DNA from: Anthoceros angustus
Lineage: Eukaryota; Plantae; Anthocerotophyta
DNA: 64,000 nt
Direction of reading: 5' to 3'
Assembly: GCA_010909165.1 (NCBI GenBank)
Contig: MU008151.1
Coordinates: 124,001 to 188,000, forward strand
The notes beneath the pieces are model-generated. The model had not been told where the DNA came from, ran no database searches, and saw only the letters and a program-made list of their open reading frames with translations. Within the stretch, counting starts at the first letter, position 1. Every line of letters starts with the position of its first letter. Shown one piece after another: positions 26,367 to 36,693 of this stretch. The translations under genes were made by a program, and so were the position numbers.

Positions 26367-27871
26367 TTACGCATTGAGTCGCAAGGCTGCAATGGTCAGA
26401 AGGCCAAATAGCCCAAGACCAGTTTTGAAAAAATTGAAGTCAAGGTTGTCGTCCTTCACCCATATAGCTATGCAGTAGCCCAAGTGAAAAGCTGCAAAAG
26501 CAAGGGTCAAAACAGGGAGCAAGAAGATGTGATCCTCCCCATCATCGTCACCACCTCCTCCTCCTCCATCACCTCCACCATCACCATCCCCGTTTTTACC
26601 TCCACCTGTTGGACCTCCCGTGCTTTCCTTCATCTTGGAGTTGTCCATCTTCCCAGCACCATGCATTAATTCTACAGCCCAGGGACTGAACCTGATCTCT
26701 AGGCTAGTCCGCACACTCAGGTCACTGAAGTCCTTATCTAGCAAGTGATCAGGATATGGAGAATCATCGTCCCTGAAGCAGATCACAGAAGGATATCCAA
26801 CGATGACCTTTGAGCTATCAGCAACAGCCAGTTCCGGGTGGAAACGGGCTAACATCATCTCTTCCCAGCAGGTTGCTCGAGAGATAATAGATGGGAGAGA
26901 CATTCCAGATAGTGTATGCATCTTATATCCAGACATATGGGGAACCAGGTGCCGTCGGAGGCTGGCTTGCCACCAGTATGGCCCCATGCATTGTGCCATG
27001 ATCAATGTCAGCACAATTCTCAGAAGCTACGAGTGTGTAGAGCAGTGAGAAAGGAGCGCCTGCTTGCCCTGTCTCCAGGGACGGTAACTGCTGGCTACCT
27101 CACACTTCGTTCCATCAAATCCCCGCACTTAGCACACCTACCATGCTTGACATCGTAAATTCCAGCTGCATACACCATAAGACAGTTTAGAGATGGTACC
27201 TTGAAGCCCAAAGGCTATCTCAATCACCTCAAACCTGCTGGGATGTACTAAGCTGATACTGCATTCTAGCAAAAACGGCGTGAAACCGAACCTTAACCCT
27301 AGACGACCTAGTGGCATGGCACCTGACTCAAAAATGTGGTAAGACGAGCCTTTGACGACATATGCCGATAAATTTCGCAATTTCACACCCTTGAATAACC
27401 AGCGGAGTAGCAGCGATTGTGATTTACAGGGAGGTGAGACTCCAAGGGCGAAGCTCTAGGAAAATCCCCATCCCGGTCTGTCCGCTACCGCTAAGCCCCG
27501 AAAATTATGCGACTGCCAAACTATCGCAACCAGGTTCGCACACTACTAAAGAGAGCTTCATCTACCCATCCTGCAAGAGCACTACACACATCCCGTACAA
27601 GAACATCCCATCCCTGCCCTCTCCCCCTCTGCCCAATTACTCATCTTAATCCCTACATCACAGATTGACTACATGGAACACAACCACAAAATGGAGCCGA
27701 CCTCCACAAGGAAACCAAGCGAAAGCAGCAGCCTGTGCGTACCTTGCATGCCTTTGGAGATGATCCATAAGTGCTCCGCTTAGCAAGCAACAGCTCAGAT
27801 GGCAAATCCACAGGAGTGCAGGTTGCGTCACTGGCGGCCGCCGGTGTAGGAGCACAGGCAGTGCCTTTCAA
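26367..27871 (-). CDS. Uncharacterised protein with Gly-rich linker and two C-terminal hydrophobic helices, possibly plastid membrane. Exons ~27871-27743, 27389-27323, 27165-27099, 26772-26367; start codon unresolved.
   Basis: Three phase-consistent GT-AG introns give ...SPKACKGVKLRNLSAYVVKGSSYHIFESAGIYDVKHGRCAKCGDLMERSVRDDDSPYPDHLL...GGGDGGGGGGDDDGEDHIFLLPVLTLAFAAFHLGYCIAIWV...LGLFGLLTIAALRLNA*. Confidence 0.65.
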
Positions 27872-29008
27872 TCCTCATCCAAGATCATGGCTTCCGCGCG
27901 CCAGGTATGACTTGAGAAGCACGCCTGCTCCGGTTGTTCTCGCGTGCTTGGCTGCAGCTTCTGCCAGGAGCTGGTCTTGATCTACATCCGGACGCGCGGT
28001 TAGGATTTCGTTTATCAGACACGCTGTTGTCTCACAGAAAGCCAAAAATGTAGTGATCGTTTCCCTGGCCCAGCCAAGCAGCCACATGCATTTTCACGTT
28101 TGGGATCCGCCACTCATCAATGCCATAGCCATAGGTAGGACCTACCTAGTTCTTTTTCCTTCTACCAACAATAAAAAAACACTCTCAAATTAATGTGCCT
28201 CCTAAAAACCACTTAATATTCACATAGATATCTAATATCTAACTTAAATATATTACATCCTTTCATAACAAACTTATTTTGGTTCCAGCGGGCACATGAA
28301 ACCACGGTCAGCATTGAACACTCGGAACTCGACGATTGCAGCTCGAGTTCACTTTGTGTTGCTCATATTGTAGCACATACATACGTTTGAAACAACAAGT
28401 GATATCTATTTATTGAAAGGGTATATCAAAATTACATAAGGTGGCTACACCCTCTTGTGAAAGCCAATGTTTGTGCAAAAACATATCATATGAGGGTTTT
28501 ACAAAGTGAACTTGTTCATGTCCCTCACCTCCTTCTGCCCTCTCCATTAATTTTATAAATTAGAAATATGATACATCTCAAAACAATTCTATATTTATAG
28601 CAATACATTTTACATAGCTTTGCACTTTCCATCAAACCTAGAGAACTTCATTTTGAACATACATATTTTATGTCGCCTTGCATCTTCAATGATTCTTTTG
28701 TTAACCTTCAAAACTTCTTGTGCGTTTTTTAGTCTTGCTTCTGTTCTTTTGTCTTTCTTATCCTTATTCAATTTTTTGACCTATTTTTTATTTGATCCAA
28801 TGATTCTTTCATCAAGTTGTGAGACCTGTTTATATGCATCTTTGTCTAGCTTCCATAAAGGTTCAATGATTCTTTTTTCAACTTGTGGAGTCTTAATATC
28901 ACTTCTTTTTTAGCTCAATAACTCTTTCATCAGCTTGTGAGACTTTGTATGTACAATCTGAGTCTTACTTTTTTTTTGGGCATCCTTTTCATCATCTTGC
29001 TGAATAGA

Positions 29009-32000
29009 CTATACAATAATAAGATATATATACATATATAATTTTATTAACGTATTTGGGCACACAAGGAGGAGGAACCAGGGCCCGGGATTCGGTTTGA
29101 GTCTTGGCCAGAGTACATCGTGTCCTTCGGATACACATACCCAACTTGCGTCCCCGGACATCGTGGCTTGATTCCGTGTGGCGGATATGGTCGTGGCGTT
29201 GCGATAACCAAAAAAAATCCGACGATCTGTAAATGCCAAGAGTGGGGTCCTCTCTGGTGCGTCGTTCAGGTTCAGGGGATGTGTCAAGGTCAGCTTCTCG
29301 CTGTGTCGGCACAAATGCTGTCCCTTTGCGTCATCTGGCTTATCTGCTGGTAACGAGTCCAAGGGCGGTGCATCACCACTTTTCTTCACTTTGGATAACA
29401 CCTGCTCCAGCCTGGCTTGAATCTCCAGATGCTTCTCCTCACCAACCGAAAAGCTATGCACCAATCCGTCCTTGTCTGTCCACCAGCTCTGACCGGGCTG
29501 CTTCCATGCTCGCATTCTTTTTCTCCTGGCCTGCACCTTCTGTGCCTGCTCCCACATCTGGGTGGCGATGTATATGTTCGACATCAACACATATGCAGCA
29601 GCATCTTTCTTGTCCAGCTTTACTGCTTCATTGAAAGCATGGTGTCCCACCTCCATGTTGCTCCACTTCCTGCAAGCACCCAACAAAGTGTGCCAGACTG
29701 CAGCATTGGGCTGTACACGCATCGACATTACCAAAGCAAGTGCCTCATTTACATGTCCTGCTCGACCCAGGAGATCCACCATGCATGTGTAGTGTTCCTC
29801 CGTGGGAGGAACACTGAAGGGACTGCCCATCTCCTCGAAGTACTCCTGCCCCTCGGTCACGAGCCCCGCGTGACTGCACACCGTCAATACACTGAGGAAT
29901 GTGATGCCGTCCGGCTGGATGCCATCCCCCTTCATTCTCTGAAACAGCTCAAAGACCATTTCATGGTCTCCTTGACAGGTGTAGCCTGCAATCAGTGCAT
30001 TCCAGGCGATGACATCTCTGTTGGGCAATGCATCAAACACCTGCTGTGCATCACCCATGCTCCCAGCCTTTCCATACATGTTAATCAAACTGCCAGCTAC
30101 AAACACATCAGCTTGAAGCCCTTGTTCTACTATCTGTGCATGTACTTGCCTTCCCAGGCACAGAGCTGCTACATTTGCACATGCCCGGAGGACGCACATA
30201 AATGTAACGGAATCTGCTACAGCCATGCCTTCTTCTCGCATGGCACGGTAGAGTTGGAGAGCTTGCTGGCCCATGCCCTGCTTGGAGTACCCTGCTATCA
30301 TGGTGTTCCACATTACTGCATCTTTTTTACCAACACTGTCAAACACTCTGTGAGCATCTTCCAAACTGCCACATTTTGCGTACATGTTCACCAAACTGCT
30401 GGCTGCAAACACATCAGCTTCATGTCCTTGTTCTCTAATTTGCCCGTGAAGATGCTTTCCCTTCTCCAAGGCCAGAGTGCCCACACTTGCACATGCCTGC
30501 AGGAGGCACACCAATGTCACTGTGGGTATACGAATGCCTTCTTCTTCCATACCATTGTAGAGACGAAGGGCTTCATGCCCCATGCCCTGCTGAGAATACC
30601 CTGCTATCATGGCAGTCCAAGTCACCACATCTTTTTTACCAAGTCCGTCAAACACTTTCTGAGCGTCTTCCAAGCTACCACACTTTGCATACATGTTCAC
30701 CAAGCCACTGGCTACAAACACATCTGCCTCGTATCTTTGTTCTCTAATCTGCACATGAAGCTGCTTTCCCATCTCCAATGCCGGGGTACCCATACTTGCA
30801 CACGCCCGCAGGAGGCACACGAATGTCACACAATCTGCTACAGCCATGCCTTCTTCTCGCATGGCACGGTAGAGTTGGAGAGCTTGCTGGCCCATGCCCT
30901 GCTTGGAGTACCCTGCTATCATGGTGTTCCACATTACTGCATCTTTTTTACCAACACTGTCAAACACTCTGTGAGCATCTTCCAAACTGCCACATTTTGC
31001 GTACATGTTCACCAAACTGCTGGCTGCAAACACATCAGCTTCATGTCCTTGTTCTCTAATTTGCCCGTGAAGATGCTTTCCCTTCTCCAAGGCCAGAGTG
31101 CCCACACTTGCACATGCCTGCAGGAGGCACACCAATGTCACTGTGGGTATACGAATGCCTTCTTCTTCCATACCATTGTAGAGACGAAGGGCTTCATGCC
31201 CCATGCCCTGCTGAGAATACCCTGCTATCATGGCAGTCCAAGTCACCACATCTTTTTTACCAAGTCCGTCAAACACTTTCTGAGCGTCTTCCAAGCTACC
31301 ACACTTTGCATACATGTTCACCAAGCCACTGGCTACAAACACATCTGCCTCGTATCTTTGTTCTCTAATCTGCACATGAAGCTGCTTTCCCATCTCCAAT
31401 GCCGGGGTACCCATACTTGCACACGCCCGCAGGAGGCACACGAATGTCACACAATCAGGTACAGCCATGCCTTCTACTTTCATAGCTCTGTAAAGTCGAA
31501 GGGCTTCCTGTCCCATGCCCTGCTGGGAATACCCTGCTATAATAGTATTCCATGTCACCACATTTTTTTGCGAAAGTGCGTCAAACACTTTTAGGGCGTC
31601 TTCCAGGCTGCCACACTTTGAGTACATGTTCACCAAGCTGCTCGACAGAAACACATCGGCTTGCAGTCCTCGTTCTCTAATTTGCGCATGAATCTCCTTG
31701 CCCTTCTCCAAAGCTGGGCTGCCCATACTTGCACATGCCTGCAGGAGGCTTACAAATGTAACAGTGTCAGGTGCGACTATGCCTTCCTCCTGCATAGCTC
31801 TGTAGAGACCAAGGGCTTCCTGCCCCATGCCATGCTGTGAATACCCTGCAATCATGGCATTCCATGTCACCACGTTTTTTCGACCAACTCCGTCAAACAC
31901 TCCCTGAGCATCCTCCAAGCTGCCACACTTCGCATACATGTCGACCAAGCAACTACAAACGAATAAGTCAGGCTTCACGCCACTGGCCAACACATCAGCA

Positions 32001-32518
32001 TGCACCTGCTGCCCAGTTTCCAGGTCTAATCCCCTTGCACAAGCTTGAAGGGCTGCCACAAACACATGGCCATCGGGCTTCACACTGGACGTGCGCATCC
32101 GATGATACAGTCGTATGGCCTGCTTGTCTCGTCCGTGTTTGGCATGGGCAGAAATTATGGCAGACCAGGTGAAGGCATCCGGCTCAGCAACCTCCTCGAA
32201 CACATCCATCGCGTCTTGCAACCTGCCGTGAGAAGCATACATTCGCAGGATGTGGAAGCCCAGGAACGTATCTGATTGGTACCCCTTCCGCACCGTGAGA
32301 GCATGGACGCGGCTACCCAACAGTACATCTTTCTTCGCTGCACATTTCTTCAAGACAGTGTAAAACAGTGACTTAGGAATACAACGGTCTGCCTCAACCA
32401 GAACCTCCAGAGCCTCAACAGCCTCAAGGAGATGGCCCACCAGACATAGCCTGCTCACGATTTCAGCTGTCTCTTCCCCCATCTTAGCCTTTAGGCCAGC
32501 GAGCCTGGTCAGGGCCAT
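29009..32518 (-). CDS. PLS-class PPR RNA-editing factor with E1/E2 and a degenerate WW-type (PGxSWW) DYW domain
   Basis: About 1170 aa open frame with ~8 PLS triplets (LVNMYAKCGSLEDA, VVTWNAMIAGY, TFVCLLQACA), E motifs (EEHYTCMVDLLGRAG, AAYVLMSNIY), KQPGQSWWTD and HSEKL. The CxxC and terminal DYW are missing. Confidence 0.93.
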   Translation of the reverse strand: MALTRLAGLKAKMGEETAEIVSRLCLVGHLLEAVEALEVLVEADRCIPKSLFYTVLKKCAAKKDVLLGSRVHALTVRKGYQSDTFLGFHILRMYASHGRLQDAMDVFEEVAEPDAFTWSAIISAHAKHGRDKQAIRLYHRMRTSSVKPDGHVFVAALQACARGLDLETGQQVHADVLASGVKPDLFVCSCLVDMYAKCGSLEDAQGVFDGVGRKNVVTWNAMIAGYSQHGMGQEALGLYRAMQEEGIVAPDTVTFVSLLQACASMGSPALEKGKEIHAQIRERGLQADVFLSSSLVNMYSKCGSLEDALKVFDALSQKNVVTWNTIIAGYSQQGMGQEALRLYRAMKVEGMAVPDCVTFVCLLRACASMGTPALEMGKQLHVQIREQRYEADVFVASGLVNMYAKCGSLEDAQKVFDGLGKKDVVTWTAMIAGYSQQGMGHEALRLYNGMEEEGIRIPTVTLVCLLQACASVGTLALEKGKHLHGQIREQGHEADVFAASSLVNMYAKCGSLEDAHRVFDSVGKKDAVMWNTMIAGYSKQGMGQQALQLYRAMREEGMAVADCVTFVCLLRACASMGTPALEMGKQLHVQIREQRYEADVFVASGLVNMYAKCGSLEDAQKVFDGLGKKDVVTWTAMIAGYSQQGMGHEALRLYNGMEEEGIRIPTVTLVCLLQACASVGTLALEKGKHLHGQIREQGHEADVFAASSLVNMYAKCGSLEDAHRVFDSVGKKDAVMWNTMIAGYSKQGMGQQALQLYRAMREEGMAVADSVTFMCVLRACANVAALCLGRQVHAQIVEQGLQADVFVAGSLINMYGKAGSMGDAQQVFDALPNRDVIAWNALIAGYTCQGDHEMVFELFQRMKGDGIQPDGITFLSVLTVCSHAGLVTEGQEYFEEMGSPFSVPPTEEHYTCMVDLLGRAGHVNEALALVMSMRVQPNAAVWHTLLGACRKWSNMEVGHHAFNEAVKLDKKDAAAYVLMSNIYIATQMWEQAQKVQARRKRMRAWKQPGQSWWTDKDGLVHSFSVGEEKHLEIQARLEQVLSKVKKSGDAPPLDSLPADKPDDAKGQHLCRHSEKLTLTHPLNLNDAPERTPLLAFTDRRIFFGYRNATTISATRNQATMSGDASWVCVSEGHDVLWPRLKPNPGPWFLLLVCPNTLIKLYMYIYLIIV
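30211..31456. repeat. Perfect in-frame 621-bp tandem duplication (207 aa, two PLS triplets) inside the PPR gene
   Basis: Offset of 621 nt; translations in several frames are identical between copies (e.g. ORFs 30487 and 31108). Confidence 0.95.
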
Positions 32519-32562
32519 CCGATAAGCTCCTGTTGGAGCCACAACCACCCATCAGCCTACGA

Positions 32563-32605
32563 AAGCAGCAAATTCTACATCTACATTATGTAGAATTGGC
32601 TGCTT
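32563..32605. other. Near-perfect inverted repeat (17 of 18 bp stem, 7-nt loop) between the divergent PPR genes
   Basis: aagcagc-a-aattctacat [ctacatt] atgtagaatt-g-gctgctt. Confidence 0.8.
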
Positions 32606-32833
32606 CTGGAAGTTGGTGAACCAGTAGACTTCGTAGGAGTGCTTATTTGTCCGATTTCAAAGCGCACGCCTCACATTCCACTGTCAGGCATCAAACTGAA
32701 ATGGGAGTTGGGGAGTATGCTTGAGATACATGAAATACGATCTATAACGTAATGTGGGTGATTTCAGAGAGTTCTGGCACGGCCTGCACAGTTTGCTCTG
32801 CTGCGTCTCATCTCTCGAGGCGGTGCCTGTAGC

Positions 32834-35680
32834 ATGGCCACAATACGGCAACCGGATCCGTTGTGGACCCAACAAATTGGTGGGTATAGAAGGATTCTAC
32901 CAGGAGGTCCTGCTCACCTCACTATAGGGAGTCAAGCGCTAGCAAACAAGCAAGCCTCCAGGGGCAGCAGTGTAAGAAGCTCAGCCCCTCCAAGAAAATC
33001 TATGGCTGGCCAGGAGCAGGAGGAGGAGCACGAGGGGCAAGAGCAAGAGCTGTTGTGGCGACAATTCTTTCTGGACCCGACCATTTGGTGGGATTACAGG
33101 CGAGACAAGAAGAGCCACCGGTCGCCTGACTTCCGGCGTAAGGGGTCCGGCGAGGTCCTGTGGTTGCACAGCGTTTTCAAGCCTGCATGGCTGGATGAGC
33201 AGCTCGTTGCCTTGGATATGCAGAGGGGTCATGCTGTTTCTCCTTCCAAGTCGAGCTGCTGTCCTGAGCCTGAGCGGCTGTAACCGTGAGCACGTTATGT
33301 CAGCAGGGGAAGCTTACTGAGGCCGCTGGAGCCCTGGAATATCTGGTGCAGACAGATTGTCGATTGTCCTGTTTCTCCGTTTCTCTTGCATGCTGTGCTA
33401 AAACTGTGTGCAGATAAAGATGGATCTGGTTGTGGGGCGAAGAGTTCATCATCTCGTTGTCAAACTCGGGTACGAGTCAAACACCTTCTTGGGAAACCAT
33501 TTCTTGCGCATGTATGCATGTGGAGGTAGGTTACAAGAGGCCATGGATGTGCTCACCAGGGTGGGCAAACCAGATGCGTTCATGTGGTTTTCCATAATGT
33601 CCGCACATGCTAAACATGGAAGGCCCAATGAGGCCATACAACTGTACAGTGAGATGCGTAGATCAGGAATGGGGGCGAATGCCCACATCTTTGTAGCTGC
33701 CCTACAAGCTTGTGCATTTGCCTGTGACTTGGAATCTGGCAGAAAAGTGCACTCTGATGTATTGCACAGTGGCACTCCTCTTAATTCGTTCCTTGGCAGC
33801 TGCATGGTGGACATGTAAGCAAAATGTGGCCGAATGGAAGATGGCAAATAGTTTGGCCTACCGCTTCATAGTTATGGAGCTGTTATTTCTCGTTTGAAAA
33901 TTTGTTGCGGCCACTATGAAAATCTGTTCTTCTGTTCCAAACTTGGTGAGCAGGTGCTTTGTGTTGTGCTATTTTGGCGATAATGCTTGCTCAACGTGAG
34001 TTGTTGTAAGGCGACCACACCGAGCATAGATGCTCTTCTCCATGCACATGGCTATGCACGCGGAGTTATGGAGCTGTTTGTCTACAAAGAAAGTGGTCAC
34101 ATGGAATGCCCTGATAGCTGGGTATTCGAAATGCGGCAAACTGGAAGATGCCCGTCAACTTTTTGACAGTTTGGCCACAAAGACTGTGGTCACATGGAAT
34201 GCCCTGATAGCTGGTTATGCAAATCATGGGCTCGGTCAAGAAGCGCTTGCTCTCTATGGACAAATGAAGCAGGAGGGCCTGCTTTTGGCTGACAGTTATA
34301 CTTTTGCTTGCCTTCTGAAGGCCTGTGCAAGCTCTGGTGCCTTGCAAGAGGGCAGGCAGTTGCACTCTCAGATTGTGGGAAGAGGACAGATAGATAACTT
34401 GTTTGTTGGCAACTCCCTGGTGGACATGTATGCAAAATGTGGCGAACTAGAAGATGCACGCCAGGTTTTTGACAGCTTGGCCACAAGGGATGTGGTGACA
34501 TGGACTGCCCTTATAGCTGGGTATGCAAATCATGGGCTTGGCCACGAGGCTCTTGTTCTGTATGGACAAATGGAGCAAGAGGGCCTGATTCTGGCTGACA
34601 ACGTTGCTTTTGCTTGCCTTCTGAAGGCATGTGCAAGCGCTGGTGCCCTACAGATGGGCAGGCATGCATTCACAGATTGTGGAAAGGGTATAGCTAGGAA
34701 CTGACACACTGGTGGCAATTGCCTGGTGGACATGTATGCTAAATGTGGGGAACTGGAAGAGGAACACCGGGTTTTTGACAATTTGGTCAGAAAGGATGTG
34801 GTGACATGGAATGCCCTGATAGCTGGGTGTGGTACTTGTGACGAAGGTCACAACGCCTAGCTTGTTTTGAGGAGATGTTAGTCGCTGGTTTTCGTCCTGA
34901 AAGCGGTCATGGGGGACTGGTGGATGAGGGATAAAACACTTCAATGCCATGGTTGAACAGTATGGCATCAAACCTACTGTAGAGCATTACAATTGCATGA
35001 TTGACCTTCTTGCTCGTGCAGGCCATTTAGATGAGGCAGAGCGGATCCTATTATCATCCGAGAGCCAAAACGATGGTGCGGGGTTGAGGTTTTTGCTGAA
35101 TGCTTGCAAAAGTCACGGGGATATAGAGAGGGCCAAACGGTCTTTTGAGCGTCTTGTTAGACTGGAGCCTCAGCGGGCATCCGCATATGTGCTCATGGCC
35201 AATGTGTATGCAGATGCAGGGAGGTGGACAGATGTAGACAGGATTGAAACACAGAGAATGGTAGCAGGAGCTAACAAGAAACTTGCGATGGCAGGCATTG
35301 AGGTAAACAAGCTGGTACATACATTTGTGGTGGGAGAAAACAGAGACGATATTTCGCCCACGGTAGCGAGCATGAGCGTCCGGTTGAAGGAGGAAGGGGG
35401 CCACGTACCACAGACAAAGTTGGTGTTGAAGCCGCTGTCTGAGAAGGACAAGGAAGATTTGCTTTGTGGGCATGCTGAGAAGCTAGCTCTGGCATTTGGT
35501 CTCCTGAACACTCCAAGTCGCACGCCTCTACTGGTAACGACGAATTTACGCATGTGCAGTGACTGTCACAGTTCCACCGAGATCGTGTCCAGGGTTGAGC
35601 AGAGAGACATTGTTGTAAGGGATGGGTACCGTGTGCCTCGATTTGCAGCTGGTTCTTGTAGCTGCAAGGGTCGACTGTGA
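32834..35680 (+). pseudogene. Disrupted PLS-PPR-E-DYW:KP (GRP-like) editing factor with an N-terminal OSB-type PDF motif. The E/DYW module (34949-35680) remains an intact ORF.
   Basis: PDF motif LWRQFFLDPTIWWDYRRDKKSHRSPDFRRKGSGEVLWL. PPR repeats are broken by frameshifts (~33275, ~33385, ~33415, ~34670), stops (33816, 33848, ~34858, ~34933), a ~200-bp insert and a deletion. C-terminus KKLAMAGIEVNKLVHTFVVG...HAEKLALA...CSDCH...CSCKGRL*. Confidence 0.85.
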
Positions 35681-36693
35681 GAATGAAGACAACTAGCCGG
35701 TGCTCTGAAGGTGAGATGTTGCACTGGGGAGTGGGGGAAGGAATAAGCAGTTGGTTCCAGTAGGAGCTGGCGGCAAGACAAGGACTGCACCAGGCCAACC
35801 TGTGAGAACATTAGGAACCGTTGGTCTGGACCCATGGTTGCTTGTATAACCATAGTGAAATCTTGATTCCTACATTTGGCGTCACACTGGACGTGCCCAC
35901 CTCCATGGTACATATGCATAGCTCGCAGGATGTGGCCGTACTGTTCTTCAGGACAGTTATAACACAAGGACTTGAAAATATAACAGCTTGCCTGCAACCG
36001 AGAGTCTCACCAGCCTCAGGAACATGGCCCCCCATAACCTGGCTTGCTCACGGTTTCAGCCGTCACGCCCCAATGGTTATCTGTAAGCAGAAAGGGTCAG
36101 GACCATCCGATGATAAGCTCCTTCCTTTCGGAGGCACACCCACCCATTAGCCTTATCAGAGCTCCATCCGAGCTCGGTTCTCTCATACATGGTTGGTCAG
36201 CCAGGACCTCCCGGACCCCCTGTGCGAGGCTCGTCGTTATTAGGCTGATTACAGACCAAGTCCCAAGTTCTGCTCAGCCACGTAACGCGGTTGAAACCTA
36301 GGCAAGCATTTGGACCCGTTTTGCAAGGCGGGTGCCTCAATCTCACATCTGTCATCGAGGAGACCTTGAAGCTGCAACAGCGGATTGGTCCCGCACTGGC
36401 GCTGGCACCCAATTCGTAACCGAAATCAGGAGACCTGCGAATCGCTTCGCGCTTTGAGATTTCGGAGCCCATTTTGCCTGCAGTTTGGTGCGGTGGGTTC
36501 GTCTCCCCAGTTGATTCGGGGAGGGAGCTGAATGCCTGATGCACCTGAATGCACTTGCAAGCTTGGTCAATTATTCTGGTGATATTTACGGTCATGCGAT
36601 GCATCTGAATGCCTGCTGCATGGCGGTGTTTCTGGAGGGCTCAGAGGCGTACAGTGGGAGGTGGTCTTCGTCTTCCTGCATGTAGGGTTTGTC

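Noticed and set aside
28620-28960. 97-aa hydrophobic ORF
   Set aside because: Antisense of a stop-containing Lys/Glu-rich coiled-coil remnant in AT-rich DNA, probably TE debris.
29417-31594. 725-aa plus-strand ORF
   Set aside because: Antisense shadow of the PPR repeats; His/Cys-rich with no family features.
32569-32598. Minus strand reads AATTCTACATAATGTAGAT, resembling a Cas12a direct repeat
   Set aside because: Single copy, no spacers or cas genes, eukaryotic context; it is part of a local inverted repeat.
35700-36604. Possible small minus-strand gene starting MGSEISK
   Set aside because: I could not build a consistent exon chain or recognise a domain.
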